64,000 nt of DNA, taken from Camelus ferus. Its lineage: Eukaryota. The stretch covers positions 20,460,001-20,524,000 of the forward strand of contig NC_045711.1 of NCBI RefSeq assembly GCF_009834535.1, written 5' to 3'. Below, piece after piece: positions 57,825 to 64,000 of this stretch. A program made the position numbers and the translations under genes. Positions within the stretch are counted from its first letter, which is position 1; every line of letters starts with the position of its first letter. A model generated the notes under the pieces. That model did not search any database and was not told the DNA's origin. It saw nothing but the letters and a program-made list of their open reading frames with translations.

Positions 57825-59249
57825 CTGCATGCCTGGTTTCCACCTCACCCTGCATCCTGGGGCCACAGAGAGCTGCAGGCAGGTGGCACCTTCCGGGTCA
57901 GCAACGGGCGTCATGCTTCACCCTCTTTGGGATGCTGTGTGGCGGGCCCGAGTCGCCATCACTGCACGCGGGCCAGCGTATCCGTTGGGTGCAGGTCAAA
58001 GACACCCCTGCGGTTTGGGCGACACACTGACGGGCCCTCCCTGGAGGTGGCTTGGCCAACGGGCACGGTGCCCTGGGTGCTCCTCTCCCTGCATTTGGGG
58101 CCCCACGTGCATTGGTGCACGATTCCTTCCCGTCACCCTGCAAGTAGGTCTTATGATAAACTCAGATGATAGGTAAAGAAGCTGAGGCCCAGAGAGGTTC
58201 TGTGAAGTGTTGAGAGGGACAGAGGAAGGAGTCAGCAGGTCAGCCTGGGCCCTGCTCCCAGCCTCTGAACCACCCCCACCCCCAGCTGCCGCCTCTGCAG
58301 CTCTGTTCCAGAGTGGGGAGAATTGCCAGACACCCGGCCGTCCTCTCTCCCCCACCAGACCGGGGATATGCCCTGCGGGTGCTCAGCTCCAACTCAGGCC
58401 CACTCAGCACCAGCATCGGCTTCTCCGGGGGGAACCAAGTGACCCATTCATGGTCTCCTCCATGGACCACTCACTTCTCCACAGTCTCCAGGGGGAACCC
58501 ACGGAGTCTCCAAGGCCAAGGGAGATGGTGAGGTCAGGGATGGAGCGGCCAAACGCTGGAGATGAAAGAAGAGTTCCCCAGTGCGGCTGCTGGTTTTCGA
58601 GAGCAGCCCCTCCTCGGCCTCCCAGGAGGACCATGAACAGGAATCTCCGTGCAACCCACCGGCCGTGGGTTCCCAGCGGGAGGAGAGGCTGGAGGACTTG
58701 AAAGGGGCCTGGCCGTCACCAGTCTGGGGAGGCTTTGCTCGGAGGGAGCAGCCGCGCTGCGGTCGGAGCTGGGCTGGGGGCCCCGGAGGCGCTGGCTGGA
58801 CAGCAGTTGTTGTCTGTTGTCAGCAGGCGGGGACATCACACACACAGAGGTCCTCACTCCGTCCGAGGCCAATGAAAAGGATCAGAGGGCGGCTTTGTGT
58901 GTCTCGGGCGTGCCAGGCACACAGAACACGACACTTGTGGGTCTGGCCCGATGGGATTCCACCCAGTGAATAAACCCTTCCTCCCATGTTCCTGACAAAG
59001 AAGAAAAGAGGCTCAGCCTACTTCCGGCCTCTGTGTTTTCCCCGGGGGACCAGCGGCAAAAGGAGCCCAGGGCCCACGAGTACAGTGGGGACCAGCCAAC
59101 CTGCAGGGCTCGGCGCGGCCATCGAGGGGACATGCTGAGCTCTCCTCGCCCATGACCCGGCTTTTCTGGCAATGCTGCTGCTGTACGAGTTCCGCATCGT
59201 GTGATTCCTGTAGTGGCAACAACACTCCGGACAGGGGCAACCAAGATGT

Positions 59250-59730
59250 CTTTCAGTAGATGAGTGGGTAAATAAACTGCAGACAACAGTTACTCAGCGT
59301 TAGAAAGAAATGAGCTGCCAATCTGTGAGAAGACGTGAGGAACTTTAAATCTATGTGACTAAGGGAAGGAAGTCAATCTGAAAAGGCTACACTTTGTGTG
59401 AGCCCAACTCTGTGACATCCTGAAAAAGGTGAACCTATGGACACAGTGACAAGAGGAGTGGTTGCCTGGGGTAGGGGTGGGGAGGGAGGCATGAAGACGG
59501 GGAGCACAGAGGGCTTCTAGGGCCGAGAAACAGCTCTGCGTGGTACCGCACTGGCAGAGACCTGTCGTCACATGTTTGTCCAGACTCACGGAAGGTACAA
59601 CCCTCAGAGTGAATCCTGATGTAAACTGCGGACTCTGGGGATGGAGATGAGTCAGCGTAGGTCCACTGATGGTAAAAAATGCATCACTCTGGTAGGGCTG
59701 TTGATAAGGGGGAGGCTGTGCCTAGTTAAG
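59250..59730 (+). mobile_element. L1MC-like 3' end, downstream of NOTUM
   Basis: TCAGTAGATGAGTGGGTAAATAAACTG...AAAGAAATGAGCT...TCTGAAAAGGCTAC...AGAGTGAATCCTGATGTAAACT. Confidence 0.75.
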
Positions 59731-60354
59731 GGCAGGGAGCCGGGACGGCAAAGTGAAGAAAGGTGACTGCTGGGGATTTGTTCTCAGATTCTGAAGGCGC
59801 CTTTCAGAGAAGGAGCTGAGAGTAACTGGGAAAAGGGGAACGGGTGGGACCCAGGCCCGGGGTCCTCCCCTCACCCTCTCCTGCATCTTCCGGCTGCATT
59901 TCAGGGGAAGACATGGCCTGGCCCACCCAGTGGAGCTGGAAGAGCTTTCCCCAGGGGTTCGTGGCACTTGGGTCAGGAAATCTGGTCCCAGGAGAGGCTC
60001 TGAGGACCCTGGTCTGGGCGTGGCTCCCTGGAGAGTTCCAGACATGCCCCTTCTGGGGATGGGTGGCTGCCGGGACCAGGCAGCTCAGGTTAAGCAGCTT
60101 GTTTCCTTGTGTGAAGAGGACAGGAAGGAGCCCCGAGGGCATGCACCTCCCTTCCCAGGGAGCTCCAGCAGCTGGTGCTGAGTCTGGCATGGCTGACACC
60201 CGAGATTCCTCCCACACCACATCTCCCGCGTGGTCTTCCTGCCGAGGGTGTTTAGCCAGGATCCAACCACGAGGAAACAAAGTACACATCGAAAGAACCT
60301 GCAAGGCTGCTTGCTGGGCTCTTCAAAGCAACAGTGTTGTGAAATAGAGAAGTG

Positions 60355-60490
60355 GAGGGGGAGGGCGCAGCTCAGGGGCAGAGCATGTGCTCAGCAGGAA
60401 AGAGGTCCTCGGTTCCATCCCCGGGCACCTCCGTTAAAATAAACAAATAAACCTGATTACCTGCCCCCCAAATAAAAACAAACCAAAAAA
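60355..60490 (+). mobile_element. Diverged tRNA-derived SINE (Vic-1-like)
   Basis: GGGGAGGGCGCAGCTCAG...GGTCCTCGGTTCCATCCCC...AAATAAACCTGATTACCTGCCCCCC. Confidence 0.8.
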
Positions 60491-60514
60491 TGTGCAAAGA
60501 CAGAAAGAAAGAAA

Positions 60515-60682
60515 AGGTTCTTCTGTACAGCACAGGGAGCTATATTCAATATCTTGTAATAACCTTTAATGAAAAACAATATGAAAATGAATAAATGCAT
60601 GTACATGCACGACTGGGACACTGTGCTGTACACCAGAAATTGACACATTGTAACTGACTACATTTCAATTAAAAAAAAAAAG
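60515..60682 (+). mobile_element. Younger laurasiatherian/artiodactyl-type L1 3' end with poly(A)
   Basis: CTGTACAGCACAGGGAGCTATATTCAATATCTTGTAATAACCTTTAATG...GCTGTACACCAGAAATTGACACATTGTAACTGACTACATTTCAATT(A)n. Confidence 0.8.
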
Positions 60683-60779
60683 ACTGCATGCAATCATGGA
60701 GCAGAGGAGGGACTTTCTCAAAGGAAAATAAAGGTATTTTTAGCAAAAAAAAAAAAAAAAAAGGAAAGAAAAGAAAAGA

Positions 60780-61220
60780 AATAGTGGAGACCATTCCAGA
60801 ACAAAGGGAACAGACACACACAACAGCCAGATGCATGATTCCAATCAGATCCCGGAGCAAAAATTCAAAGAGCTATAAAGTGTATTTTGGGGACAGGTCG
60901 GGGTACCTGAAGACAGACTGTGTTCTAGGTGATCATGCTTCAGTTCCCCAAATGCCATCGCCATGTTCAGGTTCTGTAGGGGAACTGCCTTCTTCTCAGG
61001 AGGTGTCCGTGGAAGTATCTAGGGGAGAATTATTGTATCTCTAGAATTAATTAATGTTATTATTTGTTATGAATTATCACTGGAGAGAGGGATAGTCAGA
61101 CCACAAACAGGGCAAAATATTAATAATTCTCGCATCTGGGAGAAAGAGGTGTGAATTTTCATTGCACTATTCTGCAACTCTTCTGTAAACCTGACATTTT
61201 TCTAAATGAAAAGTTGGGGA
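60780..61220 (+). mobile_element. L1ME-like 3' end
   Basis: ...GAAGTATCTAGGGG...GGCAAAATATTAATAATT...CACTATTCTGCAACTCTTCTGTAAACCTGACATTTTTCTAAATGAAAAGTT. Confidence 0.55.
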
Positions 61221-61242
61221 AATATACATAAGGATGTGCATA

Positions 61243-61937
61243 CAGTCGTCCCTTGGTGTCAGAGGGGGACTGGTTCCCAGACCCCCCAGGATAACAAAAT
61301 CCACCAACGCTCAAGCCCCTTGTACAAAATGGCGCAGTATTTGCATATAACTTATACAAATCCTCCTGTAGACTTTATTTTTCAATTTTATCGTTTATTT
61401 TTTTCAATTTTTATCTTTCATTTTTTTTAATCTTTTATTTTTATGGCCTCATAGCTTTCCCTACTCTTCAATATTTTTTGAAGATTTTGAGAAAGATAGA
61501 ATGTTTGGTAGAATACACATATGAAGCCATCTGGTCCTGGACTTCTATTTTGGGGGAGGTTTTTAATTAATGTTTCAATCTCTATTAGTGATCAGTCTGT
61601 TAAGGTTTTCTAGTTTCTCCATGGTGCAGTCTTGGAAGACAGCATGACTCTAAGAACTTACCCATTTCTTCCGGGCTGCCCAGTTGATTGGCGGGTAGCT
61701 CATCGTAGCAGTCTCTCTGTTTCCCTGTGGTTTTCACGCTCCCGGAGACTTTAAGTCATTTCTGGATGACTTGTGATGCCTGATGCAAAGTCAATGCTAT
61801 GTGAATGGTTGCTGGCTCAGGGGCAAATTCAAGGTTTGCTTTTCGGGACTTTCTGGAGTTTTTCTCCCCCGAATGTTTTAAATCTGCGGTTGACTGAACC
61901 CCCCAATAGAGAACCTGTGCATGTGGAGGGCCAACAG
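61243..61937 (+). mobile_element. MER2 (TcMar-Tigger) DNA transposon, split by an L1 insertion
   Basis: TA|CAGTCGTCCCTTGGTGTC...AAAATGGCGCAGTATTTGCATATAAC (61243-61377) resumes at 61746 (CTTTAAGTCATTTCTGGATGACTTGTGATGCC...GGAGGGCCAACAG). Confidence 0.8.
61378..61745 (-). mobile_element. Truncated antisense L1 ORF2 fragment with A-rich tail and 8-bp TSD
   Basis: Flanked by AGACTTTA at 61370-61377 and 61746-61753; contains TGAAGCCATCTGGTCCTGGACTT, typical of antisense L1 ORF2. Confidence 0.75.
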
Positions 61938-62680
61938 CATACACTGAGATGTTCATCCCGGTTGAGCCAAGAGACAGAATTACAGGCAGATTAATTACAG
62001 GCCGTTTTCCTCTACCTGTTCCTGTCCTGACTGGGCCTGAGCAGGTTCTACTCTTATAGTCAAAAACACGTAATCTTCAAAGATATTTCCTATATTTTAA
62101 ATATTTTTGCCTAAAAAATGGGAAGGTTGAGTTTTTTCCTAAGTGTTTACATGTTTAGGAGGGACGAGCAAAGAGCTCCTTTGTGCCCCCCTCAAATGGT
62201 AACTAGAACTCCACCTCCCAGGTCAGGCTGGGGCTGTGCAGAATGAGGGCGGGCACCCTTGGGAGTGGGGCACGGGGTCTCCACTCCCCTTCCCCACCAC
62301 CTCCCAGGAATCACAGCTGACAAGACGGTGGGGTCCTGAAACCACCCCAGCTCCTAACCAAGCCCTCTTGGAGGAAGGACACCAGGGGAATACCCGCCCA
62401 GCCCTCCCAGAGCAACCCCCAACCGCCACTGCGCCCCTCCCCCACTCCAACACAGGCTGCCCCTGGAGGCGGCCCCTTTCTGCCTTTCTCCCTTCCCCTC
62501 TCCCACTGGCAGTGGAGCGACTAACCGACAGACGCAGGTGCTTCGGAGGTGGGGGCGGTGCCAGCAGCCAAGGGGTTAATGGTTTGGGCAGGGGCTGGGC
62601 GTGGGACGCAAGGGTCAGATGTTCCTCTGGGATGGGGACCGGCGTGCAGGCTGCTATTCCAGAGCTCTGATCACAGTCAC

Positions 62681-62690
62681 CTATTTATAG
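62681..62690. promoter_or_regulatory. MEF2 consensus / TATA-like element upstream of MYADML2
   Basis: CTATTTATAG is a perfect CTA(A/T)4TAG, about 170 bp upstream of the ATG, with E-boxes at 62535 and 62774. Confidence 0.5.
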
Positions 62691-62858
62691 CGCTGGGGGG
62701 CCCTCCCCACACAGGCGGCAGAGGCGGCTCTGCTGCAATGTCACCCCGCGTCACCGCCACTGCGGGCTGCCGGCACCTGCCGCTGCCGCAGGAGACACAG
62801 GGAAGAGACCCCGGGGCCACCAGGCGCTGTGTGGGGCGGCGGGGACGAGGCCGTCCAC

Positions 62859-63782
62859 ATGGGCAGCACCATGGAGCCCCCCGGGGGCGGCTACCTGCAC
62901 CTGGGCGCTGTGACGTCCCCGGTGGGCACTGCCCGCGCGCTGCAGCTGGCCTTCGGCTGCACCACCTTCAGCCTAGTGGCCCACCAGGGCGGCTTCGCGG
63001 GCGTCCAGGGCACCTTCTGTATGGCCGCCTGGGGCTTCTGCTTCGCACTCTCGGTCCTGGTGGTGGCCTGTGAGCTCACCCGGCTGCACAGCTGCCTGCG
63101 CCTGTCCTGGGGAAACTTCACGGCAGCCTTCGCCATGCTGGCCACGCTGCTGTCTGCCACGGCCGCCGTCATCTACCCGCTCTACTTTACGCGGCTGGAG
63201 TGCCCACCCGAGCCCGAGGGCTGCACCGCCAGGGACTTCCGCCTGGCAGCCAGCGTCTTCGCGGGGCTCCTCTTCTTGGCTTACGCCACAGAGGTGGCCC
63301 TGACCCGAGCCCGGCCAGGCCAGGTGGCCAGCTACATGGCCACCGTGTCGGGGCTCCTCAAGATCGTCCAGGCCTTCGTAGCCTGCATCATATTCGGCGC
63401 ACTGGTCCACGACAGCCGCTACGGGCGCTACATGGCCACCCAGTGGTGTGTGGCCGTCTACAGCCTGTGCTTCCTGGCCACGGTGGCCGTGGTGGCCCTC
63501 AGCGTGATGGGACACACAGGGAACCTGGGCTGCCCCTTCGACCGCGTGGTGGTGATGTACACTTTCCTGGCCGTGCTCCTCTACCTCAGCGCTGCGGTCA
63601 TCTGGCCTGTCTTCTGTTTCGACCCCAAGTACGGGGAGCCCAGGAGGCCCCCCGACTGCCCGACGGGCAGCTGTCCCTGGGACAGCCAGCTGGTGGTGGC
63701 CACCTTCACCTACGTCAACCTGCTCCTCTACGTCGCCGACCTGGCCTACTCCCAGAGGATCCGCTTTGTGCCCACCTTGTAG
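62859..63782 (+). CDS. MYADML2: Myeloid-associated differentiation marker-like 2 (two MARVEL domains), 307 aa, single coding exon
   Basis: ORF 62829-63782 contains the ATG at 62859 (MGSTMEPPGGGYLHLGAVTSPVGTARALQLAFGC...SQRIRFVPTL*). It has multiple hydrophobic helices, matches recalled MYADML2 and occupies the syntenic position next to NOTUM. Confidence 0.95.
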   Translation: MGSTMEPPGGGYLHLGAVTSPVGTARALQLAFGCTTFSLVAHQGGFAGVQGTFCMAAWGFCFALSVLVVACELTRLHSCLRLSWGNFTAAFAMLATLLSATAAVIYPLYFTRLECPPEPEGCTARDFRLAASVFAGLLFLAYATEVALTRARPGQVASYMATVSGLLKIVQAFVACIIFGALVHDSRYGRYMATQWCVAVYSLCFLATVAVVALSVMGHTGNLGCPFDRVVVMYTFLAVLLYLSAAVIWPVFCFDPKYGEPRRPPDCPTGSCPWDSQLVVATFTYVNLLLYVADLAYSQRIRFVPTL

Positions 63783-64000
63783 CTGGACAGGCAGCGACCC
63801 ACCCACCTCTGCTTTCAGAGGTCACGAAGGGACCCAGGTGAACCCAGACCCCCAAGGATGAGCAGAGGGAGGTAGCCAGGAGAGCCGGGCCTGGAATTCT
63901 GGTGGCCCCAGCAGCTGCGCTCGGGGTGGGGCGGAGGGGGCCAAAGCGGCAGGAGAGGCTTCTGCCAGGCGGCTCCCACCCCTCTCCCCACTCCCTCTCT

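Noticed and set aside
62973-63806. 277-aa antisense ORF over MYADML2
   Set aside because: It is the shadow frame of a GC3-rich coding sequence.
1-64000. Hundreds of 60-300 aa ORFs in the ORF track; possible CRISPR, operon or prokaryotic systems
   Set aside because: The DNA is intron-containing mammalian sequence with high GC and few stop codons, and many track starts are GTG/TTG/CTG. No repeat-spacer arrays or prokaryotic genes are present.

Overview
This is very GC-rich mammalian genomic DNA, not prokaryotic. It is syntenic with human 17q25.3 and is probably camelid, inferred from four tRNA-derived SINEs of the camelid Vic-1 type. Five protein-coding genes were reconstructed exon by exon, with GT-AG boundaries and consistent phase: LRRC45 (-, 12 exons visible, runs off the left edge), CENPX/STRA13 (+, 79 aa, head-to-head with LRRC45), ASPSCR1/TUG (-, 16 exons, 551 aa, tail-to-tail with CENPX), NOTUM (+, 11 coding exons, 500 aa) and MYADML2 (+, single coding exon, 307 aa). 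The rest is introns, three CpG islands, old L1/MLT1/MER2/MIR fragments, SINEs, an (AC)15 microsatellite and one 230-N gap. The most striking unexplained structure is a set of TCF/LEF (Wnt-response) motifs spread over about 30 kb upstream of the Wnt-feedback antagonist NOTUM. It includes six optimal sites within 1 kb of ASPSCR1 intron 7, a 28-bp TCF-helper-TCF palindrome in ASPSCR1 intron 4, an intergenic TCF+helper module, and a TCF+helper site at a predicted upstream NOTUM promoter with a non-coding first exon. Other leads are a Gly-to-Ala change in the NOTUM nucleophile elbow, a CLEAR-like E-box beside the ASPSCR1 start codon, an apparent gene-conversion tract between two L1 fragments, and a prematurely polyadenylated L1 nested in MER2. 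Gene and repeat identities come from recalled homologues, not database searches, and all regulatory calls are motif-based inferences.
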